Below are positions 18,559 through 28,196 of a DNA stretch of 64,000 nt, piece by piece (position 1 is the stretch's first letter; each line of letters begins with the position of its first letter). Where the stretch lies: positions 288,001 to 352,000 of the forward strand of contig CAWBVY010000006.1 in the NCBI GenBank assembly GCA_963792415.1, written 5' to 3'. The position numbers were made by a program, and so were the translations under genes. The notes under the pieces were generated by a model. That model saw only the letters and a list, made by a program, of their open reading frames with translations, ran no database searches and had not been told where the DNA came from. This DNA is from Candidatus Deferrimicrobiaceae bacterium. GTDB lineage: Bacteria > Desulfobacterota > Deferrimicrobia > Deferrimicrobiales > Deferrimicrobiaceae.

Positions 18559-18798
18559 TCACCCCCCAGCAATGGGTGGCGGAGATTCCATCATCTGGAT
18601 CTCCCACTCGTCCCGGGAACGGTCATACCGGAGGATGTAGCGGGCGCCGTCGGAGCCGTCGAGCTTTACGTACTCGTGGTCCTCCCCCCGCCACCGGTCC
18701 AGGACGCGCACCACCTCGACACGGCGCTCCCCGAGCAGGAAGGCGCGGGGCGTCTCCTCCGCCTTGTACCCTTCGTAGCAGACCACGCGGATCTTCAT
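18559..18798 (-). CDS. Conserved small cytoplasmic protein
   Basis: 79 aa, YEGYKAEETPRAF...YILRYD; truncated paralog at 58347-58478. Confidence 0.8.
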   Translation of the reverse strand: MKIRVVCYEGYKAEETPRAFLLGERRVEVVRVLDRWRGEDHEYVKLDGSDGARYILRYDRSRDEWEIQMMESPPPIAGG

Positions 18799-18829
18799 CC
18801 CCTGCCCAAAAAAACGAAACCGGGACTCC

Positions 18830-18916
18830 GGTCACAAGATCGTCGCAGATCCATCCAATAGATCGTATACTCTTTCAAACAAGATCCCTCGAAGAAACCG
18901 ACCTTCGGGGTGTGGG
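18830..18916 (+). repeat. att-like module copy D
   Basis: GGTCACAAG 18830, degenerate CGTCGCAGA 18841, GACCTTCGGG 18900-18909 (50-bp gap). Confidence 0.75.
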
Positions 18917-19011
18917 AACTATTTTATAGAATTACGTAAATGCAGGGATTCAAGCAATGGGGCGGGGTGACCCGCCCTTTGAGATACGACCAAGCCAATT
19001 TCACAAACCGA

Positions 19012-19308
19012 CTAGAGGATATAGGCGATGAGGGGTGAACTGGAATATAAGGAAGGACTTTCCGGTGTCATTCCCTCGAAACCGTCACGATATCCTCGGG
19101 TGTACGAATCGATGTAAGGGTCTCCGCTGCCGAGAACGGAGTAGTCGATAAGCATGTGGTGGTCATCGGTCCTTTCATCCGAAACACCGCGAACGTGAAC
19201 CTGTATCCCTCGGTGGTATCCACGGAAATACTCAGCCCGCTGCGGTTTCGAAGCCTCGACCATCCGGTCGATGATACTGAGCAGCGCCGGGCATTCTTTC
19301 CTTTCCAA
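19012..19308 (-). CDS. Hypothetical protein (YxRGY / DxYxxGY family)
   Basis: paralogous to 58841..59146 and 38857..39105. Confidence 0.7.
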   Translation of the reverse strand: MERKECPALLSIIDRMVEASKPQRAEYFRGYHRGIQVHVRGVSDERTDDHHMLIDYSVLGSGDPYIDSYTRGYRDGFEGMTPESPSLYSSSPLIAYIL

Positions 19309-19320
19309 CGTTATCCCCCC

Positions 19321-20076
19321 TTACCGGCTTAGGTCTCTTTTCCCTTGGTAATTTTGAGTCGACGATAGGCAGTCGATTATTCCCTTCGAAAGTCTTTCAC
19401 TCATCCAGGCGGGCAACCCTTCCAGAAATGCATGAAAATCCTTAATGCCGATAATATGTACGCCTCTAACCTTCTTTTTCACCTGCACATCCGCGTCCGT
19501 GAACACGATCACCGGTTTAGGTCTCAGAGTACAGACCCCTTTTTCCGTGAGAAGATCCCGGATCGAATATGCCTCTGCCCAGGCCTGCTTGATAAGGTCC
19601 TTCTCGAACGGTTCCCCGTCGCGCTTCAACAGATCCCCTTCACAGCTGACGACTCCCCGGTGGCTTTTCGTCTCGACGGTGAGGATCCCTTTCGTGGAGA
19701 TGACGATATGGTCGATGTTCCCCTTCTTGGATACGCAGTCATGAACAACAAAATATCCCGCCGGGAGTTCCCCCAGCGGATTGCCAGCCTCCTCTTCCGC
19801 AACAGCTCCACGGCGTGCATCGAGGGCCCGGTCGGAGTACGCCTCCGCCTTGCCGCCCATCGCGCTTACCCGGTAGAGGATGCCGACGAAGACGACGAGG
19901 GAGACCGGTATTCCCACTGTTGCGATCGCCTTGCTGCTCTTGCCGAAAAGGTATATCCCCACGAACACGATGATCAGGGCGATGAGCGCAGCCAACCACC
20001 GGGTGACTTCCATCTTTCGGACCCCTGCCCCGGCCTTGTTGTACACCGTCGCTCTCGTCGATCCGGATCCCGCCAT
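19321..20076 (-). CDS. Membrane-anchored NERD (nuclease-related) domain protein
   Basis: two TM segments, then GNIDHIVISTKGILTVETKS. Confidence 0.88.
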   Translation of the reverse strand: MAGSGSTRATVYNKAGAGVRKMEVTRWLAALIALIIVFVGIYLFGKSSKAIATVGIPVSLVVFVGILYRVSAMGGKAEAYSDRALDARRGAVAEEEAGNPLGELPAGYFVVHDCVSKKGNIDHIVISTKGILTVETKSHRGVVSCEGDLLKRDGEPFEKDLIKQAWAEAYSIRDLLTEKGVCTLRPKPVIVFTDADVQVKKKVRGVHIIGIKDFHAFLEGLPAWMSERLSKGIIDCLSSTQNYQGKRDLSR

Positions 20077-20315
20077 CCCCCTCCCTTTCACCGAGTACGG
20101 AATACCCTCCCAAGCGGGGAAACGCCGGAGGGCACGTTCCGGGAGCACAAAACCGTGCGGCCAGATCCCCCTCTCCAGATCTCTTTTCGGAAGAAGCGGT
20201 TACGATCTTTAAGGGAAAATAAGTCCTTCGGGGTGGGTGTGTACTAAGATACGGATGGACCGATCACGAGGGGCTGTTCAATACCTATATGTTTTCACTG
20301 GGGAAACGAGGAGAT

Positions 20316-21641
20316 ATGCAAACAGCGACGGCAAGTGATTCCCAAAGGGATTCGATATTCCGAGAGCAACTCGGACCTATTTCACTGGGTGTTGCATTAG
20401 CGGGATTTGGGATTACCGAGTTGGCATTGACGATGAAATGGATCGGAGGGCCACCGTGGAGAGTCGTTGCCGGCGCATTTGAAGCGGCAACCGTTGGCGG
20501 CATGGCGGACTGGTTCGCAATCAGAGCCCTCTTTCGGGAAATGAAAATCCCGATCGTAAAAATACCCATCCCTCACACCAATATCATCATCAAGAATCGG
20601 AAAAAAATTTCAGACGGCATAGTCGATCTGGTAGAGAACCGACTTCTCACGCCGTCAGCCATCAAGGAACGCCTGCAGGATTTCTCGCCCTCAAGGCACC
20701 TCCTGGATCGGGATCAACAAGGTGAGTGGATGGAGTTGATTCTTCCAGTTCTGAGGAATTTTCTTGGCGAGACCGTCGAGGCACTGTCGGGCGCGAAAGC
20801 GGTTACCTACATGCAAGGGATTCTTCGGGACGGCGTACGTACCATAGATTTTTCCCATCCTTTGGGGCGGTGGATGAAATCTTCGATGCAGGAAAAAAAG
20901 CACGAACCTCTGTTGGGATATTTTCTTGAATCCGTGGACAATGTCCTTCAGAGCAAGCAGGCGCAGGAGATCCTGCTAGGTTTTCTCAACCGCATGGTAA
21001 AGGAGTTAAGCGAGAAGAGTTGGCTCCATTCCATTGGATTGCGCTTATCTCTCAAAGTAATAAACGAGTCGGATTTGGCGGCACTTCTTCTACAGCGGGC
21101 GCTTGAAAACATTAATGAGGCACGGCACGACTCCAATCACCCAATCCGTCGCAGGATCGATGCGATTCTCTATGATGTCGCCTGCAGACTCGAGTCCGGC
21201 GACCCGAAAGCTGCGGCGATCATTCAGACTCTGACAAGCCAATTGGCGGAACGGGCAGAAACATCCACATGGATACGCAACCTGTTGCAGCATATCCACC
21301 ATGCGTTGGATCACGGACTATCGGAATCAAAATCAACCCTTGTGCGAGAAATACTCCGATTTTTTGATGAACAACTTGAAAAACTTCGGAATAATCAGGA
21401 TGACCGATCAGGTTTCGACGCCTGGGTGCGCGAGAAACTGATTGACCTTTCGATAAACAACAAAAACGAAGTTGGGTTACTCGTAAGAAAATCTTTAGAC
21501 AAGATGGACCCGGATACCCTGGTGAACCTGATTGAGAAAAAAGTCGGAAGAGATCTCCAATACATCCGTCTCAATGGAGCCGTGGTCGGTGGAATGGTTG
21601 GCGCGTTTCTGGCTATTCTGAAAATTGTCATTCACGGATAG
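20316..21641 (+). CDS. DUF445 family membrane protein
   Basis: EAATVGGMADWFAIRALFR, DLQYIRLNGAVVGG. Confidence 0.92.
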   Translation: MQTATASDSQRDSIFREQLGPISLGVALAGFGITELALTMKWIGGPPWRVVAGAFEAATVGGMADWFAIRALFREMKIPIVKIPIPHTNIIIKNRKKISDGIVDLVENRLLTPSAIKERLQDFSPSRHLLDRDQQGEWMELILPVLRNFLGETVEALSGAKAVTYMQGILRDGVRTIDFSHPLGRWMKSSMQEKKHEPLLGYFLESVDNVLQSKQAQEILLGFLNRMVKELSEKSWLHSIGLRLSLKVINESDLAALLLQRALENINEARHDSNHPIRRRIDAILYDVACRLESGDPKAAAIIQTLTSQLAERAETSTWIRNLLQHIHHALDHGLSESKSTLVREILRFFDEQLEKLRNNQDDRSGFDAWVREKLIDLSINNKNEVGLLVRKSLDKMDPDTLVNLIEKKVGRDLQYIRLNGAVVGGMVGAFLAILKIVIHG

Positions 21642-21708
21642 AGGCAGCATTCCCCCCGGTCCGCAATTAAATAGGATCTCCATTACAGGAAAAAGACTTC
21701 CTGGAAAC

Positions 21709-21730
21709 GACCTTCGGGGTGGTTCCCCGA
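21709..21730 (+). repeat. tRNA-fMet-like att core
   Basis: GACCTTCGGG-GTGGTTC-CCCGA. Confidence 0.75.
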
Positions 21731-21741
21731 TCATTTCCGGG

Positions 21742-22563
21742 TCATGTTTCGAGGAGAGAATTCCATTGTGCCCTCGTCAGAAAACTCCCCTCCACGTTCT
21801 CTTCCATCTCGCGAAACATGGCGAACGGAACGGTAAACGTGAGCATCTCCCTCCCGAGAGCTTTCCTCGTGTAGAACCGTGCGGAAATGTCGATATTTCC
21901 CACCACTGCTCTCGGGGCCTCCGACGTCGCCTCCCGGTACGGCAGGATGCCGACCGCCTGGCATCCTGCGACAAAGGGGATCGAAACGTTCTCGAATCCG
22001 GGGCGCCCGTAATTCGCCAGAACGACCAGCCCGGCAAGCTGGTCGGCATTCACCAGGAACGTTACCGTCACCGGCGCCTCCGCATCCGTAAACGTGTCAC
22101 CGAGCGGCTTGAAGAGAACGTATCGCTTCGGGATCTCCATCACGGGCATCCGGTCCACCATATCCTGCACAAGCCCGGGAGTCTTCTTGTATCCCTCCCC
22201 GTGGGCATAATGATCCAGAAATTCCTTCCTGGAGGCGAACGGCTCCATTTTCCGGATCTCTTCCCGGCCCTTTTCCCAGCCTTCGTTTCCCGAAGACAGA
22301 AAGTGGTAGAAGCAATCGATCCCTCCCGGGAAGTCGGGATACCGGTTCCCGAATCCCATCCCGACCGCCCCCCCGACACAACCGCAGGTATCGCGGTCAA
22401 GGACGGCGATCTTCCCTTTCGCCGCAGCGACGACCAGAAACATGACGCATCCCCAGCTGCCCTTGTCAAACTGCACGACGTTTTCCGGTTTATCGTCCGA
22501 CCAGTGGAGAGCCACGGGCCTGTGCTTCAGACGGATTGCCTCCGCGATCCTGCATCCAGGCAT
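21742..22563 (-). CDS. DUF169 protein
   Basis: PVALHWSD, TCGCVGGAVGMGF, GNIDISAR. Confidence 0.85.
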   Translation of the reverse strand: MPGCRIAEAIRLKHRPVALHWSDDKPENVVQFDKGSWGCVMFLVVAAAKGKIAVLDRDTCGCVGGAVGMGFGNRYPDFPGGIDCFYHFLSSGNEGWEKGREEIRKMEPFASRKEFLDHYAHGEGYKKTPGLVQDMVDRMPVMEIPKRYVLFKPLGDTFTDAEAPVTVTFLVNADQLAGLVVLANYGRPGFENVSIPFVAGCQAVGILPYREATSEAPRAVVGNIDISARFYTRKALGREMLTFTVPFAMFREMEENVEGSFLTRAQWNSLLET

Positions 22564-22640
22564 CGGTTCCCCCCCGGAAATATTTGATCTGCCGCGAATG
22601 GATCCGTACCCATTCTACCGATTTCCCTTATCATGAAGCC

Positions 22641-24092
22641 ATGCGAGTCGCACTCGTCAACCCGAACCGGATCAAGCCCCCCATTTCCCCCCTCGGGCTT
22701 GAATACGTGGGCGAAGGGCTCCTTGCCGCCGGACACGAGGTGAACATCCTCGACCTGTGCTGGGAAGAGCAGCCGGAAAAGGCGATCCCGGCGTTCTTCA
22801 AAAACCGGGAATACGGCCTGGTCGGAATATCGATCCGAAACACGGATGACTGCTCTTTCGCCACGCGGGAATCGTTCCTTCCCGGCTTCTCAGGCATCGT
22901 GGAGACCATCCGGAAACATTCCGGCGCCCCGATCGTCGCGGGAGGCGTCGGATTCTCCGTGATGCCGGAAGCCGTCATGGCCATCACGGGAGTCGATGCG
23001 GGAGTCGTTGGAGACGGGGAATTCACCCTGACAGGGATCGCAGACAGATGCCAGAGACAGGCATCCTGGGAGGACCTTCCAAACCTCGTCTTGCACCGGA
23101 ACGGGCTTTTCCGCCGCAACCCCGTTTCCACCGTTCCTCTCTCCCGGATCCCCCCGATGAGCCGAACCCTGGTCGACAATCGCCGATATTACCTCGAAGG
23201 GGGGCAGGCGGGAATCGAGACGAAGCGGGGCTGCCCGATGGGGTGCGTTTACTGCGCGGATCCGTTGGCCAAAGGGAGCTCGACTCGATTGCGTCCTCCC
23301 AAGGACGTGGTGGCGGAGCTGGGGCGCCTGCTGGGCCAGGGGATCGAGCACGTGCATACCTGCGACAGCGAGTTCAACGTTCCGGAAGACCATGCCCTCG
23401 AAATCTGCGGTGAAATCATCCGCAGGGGACTTGGTGACCGGCTCCACTGGTACGCGTACTGCAAGCCGGGACCCTTCTCGCGGGAGCTTGCGGGGCAGAT
23501 GCGCCGTTCCGGTTGCCGGGGAATCAACTTCGGGGCGGATAGCGGGGACGAAGGGATGCTGCGCCGTCTCGGGCGCGATTTCGGCCCCGGGGAGATCCTT
23601 TCCGCCGCCCGCTCGTGCCGGGAAAACGGGATCCCCGTCATGTTCGACCTCCTGCTCGGCGCCCCGGGGGAAACCAGGGAGAGCATCGCCCGGACGGTAG
23701 AGCGGATGATGGAGTCCGGTGCCGACCGCATCGGGGTCACGGTGGGGGTCAGGGTGTATCCCGGCACCCGGCTGGCGAAGGAGGTCCAACGGGAAGATCT
23801 CCGGAAAGGGCTCGTCGGGGGAAGCGACCTCCGGCATCCGGTATTTTTCCTGGAACCGGGGATCGCGCCGACCGTCTTCGATCAGCTCGATGCGCTCGTC
23901 GGCAACGACCCACGGTTCCTGTTCTTCGATCCCGATCGCCCGGATCGGAATTACAACTACAATGCCAACCAGGTCCTCATTCGCGCGATCCGCGAAGGAC
24001 ATCGGGGTGCGTATTGGGACATTCTCCGAAGGGTCCACGACAGACAATCTGCTCCCCCGGTAAACGCCGTTGAATCCCGCTCCACAGGATAA
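22641..24092 (+). CDS. B12-binding radical SAM protein
   Basis: N-terminal cobalamin-binding domain (PLGLEYV); RGCPMGCVYC. Confidence 0.9.
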   Translation: MRVALVNPNRIKPPISPLGLEYVGEGLLAAGHEVNILDLCWEEQPEKAIPAFFKNREYGLVGISIRNTDDCSFATRESFLPGFSGIVETIRKHSGAPIVAGGVGFSVMPEAVMAITGVDAGVVGDGEFTLTGIADRCQRQASWEDLPNLVLHRNGLFRRNPVSTVPLSRIPPMSRTLVDNRRYYLEGGQAGIETKRGCPMGCVYCADPLAKGSSTRLRPPKDVVAELGRLLGQGIEHVHTCDSEFNVPEDHALEICGEIIRRGLGDRLHWYAYCKPGPFSRELAGQMRRSGCRGINFGADSGDEGMLRRLGRDFGPGEILSAARSCRENGIPVMFDLLLGAPGETRESIARTVERMMESGADRIGVTVGVRVYPGTRLAKEVQREDLRKGLVGGSDLRHPVFFLEPGIAPTVFDQLDALVGNDPRFLFFDPDRPDRNYNYNANQVLIRAIREGHRGAYWDILRRVHDRQSAPPVNAVESRSTG

Positions 24093-24104
24093 GATTCGGA
24101 ATCC

Positions 24105-25436
24105 CTACCCCCCACCCGCATACCAGTCTTCCCGGGTCAGCGGCAGCCCGCTCTCCCCATCGAAGGTCTTGGAAAGGAGAACCTGGTACACGGTGTTCCG
24201 ACCCTCCCGAAATTTGTGAGCCGCACCGGCCAGGTACAGCCTCCATAGCCTGTAGGTCGTCTCGTCGGTAACGCTGCATGCCTCTTCGCGCCGGGCTTCC
24301 AGCCGCCTCAACCAGTGTCCGAGAGTGAGCGCATAGTGCTCCCGCAGACTCTCCACGTCGCGCACCTCGAAGCCGCTTGTCTCCGCCGCACGCAGCGTCG
24401 TGGCGAGAGGCAATAGTTCCCCATCCGGGAAGATGTAGGAATCGGAGAAAGAGGGCCCTGGGAGAGGGGGAAAGCCGGGATTACTGGCAATCCCGTGGTT
24501 CAGGAAGACGCCGGCCGGCCGAAGCAGGCGGAAGGCCCCCCGGAAATATTCCCGCAGCCGGGACTCGCCCACATGCTCGAACATCCCCACGCTGACCAGC
24601 TTGTCGTAGCTTTCCGGCGCGTCGATTTCCCGGTAGTCACGGACATCGACCCGGCAGCGGTCGGAGAGCCCGGCCAGGCGGATCCGTTCGTTCGCAAGAT
24701 CCGCCTGGGGTCTGCTCAACGTGATCCCGTGCGCCTGGACGCCGTAGTGCTTCGCCGCGTGGATGACCAGTCCTCCCCATCCACATCCGATGTCGAGCAC
24801 GCGATCATCGCGCTGCAGCCGGAGCTTCCGGCAAAGGTAATCCAGCTTCCGTTCCTGGGCCGAGTCCAGATTGTCGGCGGGATCCGTGAAATACCCGCAG
24901 GAGTACACCATCCGCTCGTCCAACCACAGGGAATAGAATGCATTGGACAGATCGTAGTGATAGGTGACGGCCTGCCGATCCCGCCCCATCGAGTGGAGGG
25001 GGCCGCGCAATCTTTCCGTCGGACGGGAGCCCCGGTGACGGCCAGAGGACGGCAGGGCGAGCAGAAGGCGGGCGAACCGGAGGCGCTCGGCCAAGCCGAG
25101 GCGCAGATGAACCAGGCGGTCCGCGAGGAAAAATGCGCTACCGATGTCCCCTTCGATGTCGAGATCGTTGTAGAGATACGCTTCGCCGAGGGCGAGTTCG
25201 CTCGGCGACCCGAACATTCTCCGGAATACGCCGGGATTTCGCAGGACCATTGTAAACCGCGAGGGTTCACTCGGCTCGGCGTCCCAGACGCTCCCGTCCC
25301 ACAACCGGAACGAGAAATCCCGGGGATGAAAGCCGTCGAGCACCTCCTGGAGGAAGGCAAGACATTTGGGGGCGATGCGATCGGAGGGGGCCGCGCCCGG
25401 TTTCCCGGGGGATGGGAGATCGACTCCGACTTGCAT
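24105..25436 (-). CDS. cfa: Cyclopropane-fatty-acyl-phospholipid synthase family methyltransferase
   Basis: HYDLSNAFY, YSCGYF, LDIGCGWG, VGMFEHVG, YIFPDG. Confidence 0.9.
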   Translation of the reverse strand: MQVGVDLPSPGKPGAAPSDRIAPKCLAFLQEVLDGFHPRDFSFRLWDGSVWDAEPSEPSRFTMVLRNPGVFRRMFGSPSELALGEAYLYNDLDIEGDIGSAFFLADRLVHLRLGLAERLRFARLLLALPSSGRHRGSRPTERLRGPLHSMGRDRQAVTYHYDLSNAFYSLWLDERMVYSCGYFTDPADNLDSAQERKLDYLCRKLRLQRDDRVLDIGCGWGGLVIHAAKHYGVQAHGITLSRPQADLANERIRLAGLSDRCRVDVRDYREIDAPESYDKLVSVGMFEHVGESRLREYFRGAFRLLRPAGVFLNHGIASNPGFPPLPGPSFSDSYIFPDGELLPLATTLRAAETSGFEVRDVESLREHYALTLGHWLRRLEARREEACSVTDETTYRLWRLYLAGAAHKFREGRNTVYQVLLSKTFDGESGLPLTREDWYAGGG

Positions 25437-25596
25437 GGTCCACCTCGCGCGTTGAGGAAGAAAACTCCGCACGCGCAATCGGAGAACTAGCCGTTACCCG
25501 AGGCCACCAAGGAATCGGAAAGCGTTTCCTCCGTTGAAAATATCCGAGCATTTCGTGGTACGTCAAGAGGCAATACAGGATTCATGATGGAGGGCG

Positions 25597-25606
25597 GACC
25601 TTCGGG
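25597..25606 (+). repeat. tRNA-fMet-like att core half-site
   Basis: exact GACCTTCGGG in the cfa-cysM intergenic region. Confidence 0.55.
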
Positions 25607-25851
25607 TTGGCTGCACCAAGCGAAAACCTTGTGCTCCGAGATCGCTTCGAGTCCCACAGGACTCCCCGGGCAGGACGAATCCGGGCGCTGGACGGTCGCT
25701 GTTCGAATCCCTCCCGGAAAATCGTGTTGTGATGAGGATGGCCCCATCATCGGGGAATCGTCGGACGCAGCCGTTCTCTCCCTCCGACTGTAGACGAAAA
25801 CAGTGATTTTGTGCATCATTAGAAACACCGCAGCTCCCGGGAGGGCCGAAA

Positions 25852-26784
25852 ATGTCTGTCGCAATCATGAATTCCCATGACCTCCGATCCTCGATCGGCT
25901 TCACCCCCGTTATCGAGCTTCGCAAGCTGAACCCCAACCCGGCGGTTCGGCTTCTTGCCAAGCTGGAAGGAAACAACCCGGGCGGTTCCGTCAAGGACCG
26001 TCCCGCGATGTTCATGATCGAGGGAGCGGAGAAACGGGGGGATTTGACACCGGGGAAGACGATCCTGGAGCCGACCTCCGGAAACACGGGAATCGCCATC
26101 GCGATGCTGGGAGCGGCAAGGGGGTACCGGATCAAGCTGGTGATGCCCGCCTGCGTGAGCATGGAGCGCCGTGCGGTCCTGTCGGCCTTCGGCGCGGAAC
26201 TCGTCCTCTCCCCTTTCGATGAGGGCACCGATGGCGCGATCCGGCTTGCGCACCGCATCCTCGAGGATTCTCCGGACGAATATTACATGCCGAACCAGTA
26301 CGCCAACCCGGACAACGTCCGCGCCCATTACGAAACCACGGGCCCCGAGATCTATCAACAGACGGAGGGGGAGATCGACTACTTCGTGGCAGGGATGGGA
26401 ACGGGGGGAACGCTCATGGGTACGGGCGCGTACCTGCGCAGCAAAAAGAAGGAGATCCGGGTCTTCGGGGTGGAACCCAAACCGGGCCACAAGATCCAGG
26501 GGCTCAAAAGCATGAAGGAGGCCATCGTCCCGGCGATCTACCGGGAGGAGAACCTCGACGGGAAATTGATCGTCGACGACGACCCCGCGTTTGAAACCAC
26601 CCGGCGCCTTGCGGTCGAGGAAGGGCTTTTCGTCGGGATGTCGAGCGGCGCGGCTGTGGCGGGCGCCATGGAACTTGCGAAGTGTCTTTCGTCCGGAACC
26701 ATCGTTGCGCTGTTACCCGACCGGGGGGACCGATACCTGAGCACCTCCCTGTTCCGGTCCACGTGCGGAGCCTGCCCTCCCTGA
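25852..26784 (+). CDS. cysM: Cysteine synthase (CysM-like)
   Basis: KLEGNNPGGSVKDR, PTSGNTG, GTGGT, PDRGDRYLS. Confidence 0.9.
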   Translation: MSVAIMNSHDLRSSIGFTPVIELRKLNPNPAVRLLAKLEGNNPGGSVKDRPAMFMIEGAEKRGDLTPGKTILEPTSGNTGIAIAMLGAARGYRIKLVMPACVSMERRAVLSAFGAELVLSPFDEGTDGAIRLAHRILEDSPDEYYMPNQYANPDNVRAHYETTGPEIYQQTEGEIDYFVAGMGTGGTLMGTGAYLRSKKKEIRVFGVEPKPGHKIQGLKSMKEAIVPAIYREENLDGKLIVDDDPAFETTRRLAVEEGLFVGMSSGAAVAGAMELAKCLSSGTIVALLPDRGDRYLSTSLFRSTCGACPP

Positions 26785-26844
26785 CGGAGGGAGGAAGCAC
26801 ACGGTGCCGCCGGGCGGCGCCCGATACCCCGCCAGGCGCCAATA

Positions 26845-27249
26845 TTATCGAATGACAACTTCCTTATGCATCAGCTTGAGGATCACGATGATGAGAAGGA
26901 TCAGGATCGCGATCCCGATGAGGACCCCGATCCCGTCGTCCGCCCCCGCCGCTGCCCGGTCGGCCAGGGAGGCCAGCCGGTGCAGGTCCTGCGCGCTCAT
27001 CGGCTCGACCTTCGCCTTCGCCTCCTCGGGCGACACGCCGTAGTCGACCAGCTTCTGGAGGACGATCTTGTTCTCGAGGAACGACTGAACCTTCGCCAAG
27101 TCCTCCGAACGAGCTTCCGCCTCTGAGAGATTGGAGGCGATCAGTCCCGCCTCGGCGACCCCCCGCAGCGATCCCAGCACGCCTGTCCAGCCCGCCATTG
27201 CCACCGCCAGCACAACGAACCAGCCCGCTTTCCGCAATGACGTCATCAC
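26845..27249 (-). CDS. PA2779-family protein
   Basis: LVDYGVSPEEAKAKVEPMS...AGADDGIGVLIGIAIL. Confidence 0.75.
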   Translation of the reverse strand: MMTSLRKAGWFVVLAVAMAGWTGVLGSLRGVAEAGLIASNLSEAEARSEDLAKVQSFLENKIVLQKLVDYGVSPEEAKAKVEPMSAQDLHRLASLADRAAAGADDGIGVLIGIAILILLIIVILKLMHKEVVIR

Positions 27250-27342
27250 CGATTCCTCCGTACCCTGTCCCGGTCCGGGATCGCTCCCGGACCGGATAAC
27301 TTTTCGAACCTTTTCCCCGCGGCGGCGGGGATGTTTCCTCCC

Positions 27343-27837
27343 CTACTCGTAGCGATGCCCTTTCTTATTGCCGTGCATGTCCCCCTTGTGCTTCCCGCCG
27401 TGTTTCCCGTGGCTCTTCTTCCACTGGCCGTAGGGGATTCGATTCTCGTGGGCATAGACAGTGCGGTAGTTCGCGGGAACCCTGTAAACAGGCGCCGGGA
27501 CGTGCCTTTGACCCACGGCCACCCACTTCCCGTTGTAGGCGCTGGCCCGGTACCACCGATCCCCCCGGCGGTTCCACCAACGGTTGTCATAGAAAAAGAG
27601 GTCGACGCTTACACCGGGTGCGAAGTAGACGTTCGACCTGGGGATAATCACCATTTCCGGGGGTTGATCGACATACACCGGCTGCGGAGCGACGATCACG
27701 GGGGCTGGTGCGACGGCAACGCCGACCGGAATTCCGAGATTGACGTTGACGTTGGTTCCGGCATAAACGGGGACTGCACTCGCGGCAAATCCTGAAAGAG
27801 CGAGAACCGACAGAAGCACAAGAAATCTTGTTTTCAT
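27343..27837 (-). CDS. Secreted Pro/Trp-rich hypothetical protein
   Basis: signal peptide, VNVNLGIP, FFYDNRWW, His/Lys-rich tail. Confidence 0.75.
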   Translation of the reverse strand: MKTRFLVLLSVLALSGFAASAVPVYAGTNVNVNLGIPVGVAVAPAPVIVAPQPVYVDQPPEMVIIPRSNVYFAPGVSVDLFFYDNRWWNRRGDRWYRASAYNGKWVAVGQRHVPAPVYRVPANYRTVYAHENRIPYGQWKKSHGKHGGKHKGDMHGNKKGHRYE

Positions 27838-28114
27838 CTCTTCCTCCGAATCTTCTTTCCGCCTTCGGAAATTTTCCTTCGTCGCCCGATGGACGAAGGG
27901 TGCGTCAGGCTTTTCATCGAGGGCTATCGGAATTCCCCACCTACGTGAATTTCAAAATTGTCATTGCGCTGATGATTTCGATATCCACACCTCCGGCAAA
28001 ACCCCGCAAAGGCCGGTTTTTAGGCAGTGCAGACTGCCCCGAACATCTGATCAAAGTGTTAATCACGAAGTATGCCAAGAAAGGAAAGTAACGATGAGGT
28101 GGAATCCAGATAAG

Positions 28115-28174
28115 TGACCGGATCCCCGATTTTACTCCAACCGGATGCGGGGATTATGGGATTCGACCTTCGGG
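28115..28174 (+). repeat. att-like module copy F (internally deleted)
   Basis: TGACCGGATCCCCGATTTTACTCCAACCGGATGCGGGGATT joined directly to GGATTCGACCTTCGGG; matches both ends of copies A and B. Confidence 0.75.
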
Positions 28175-28196
28175 GGATGCAGGCCGTGCGGATTCC

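Noticed and set aside
18900-18910. GACCTTCGGG as simple C(UUCG)G terminator loops
   Set aside because: Most copies lack an extended stem or U-tract, and the fixed 50-bp spacing and 7-bp-spaced inverted half-sites are not explained; kept only as an alternative hypothesis
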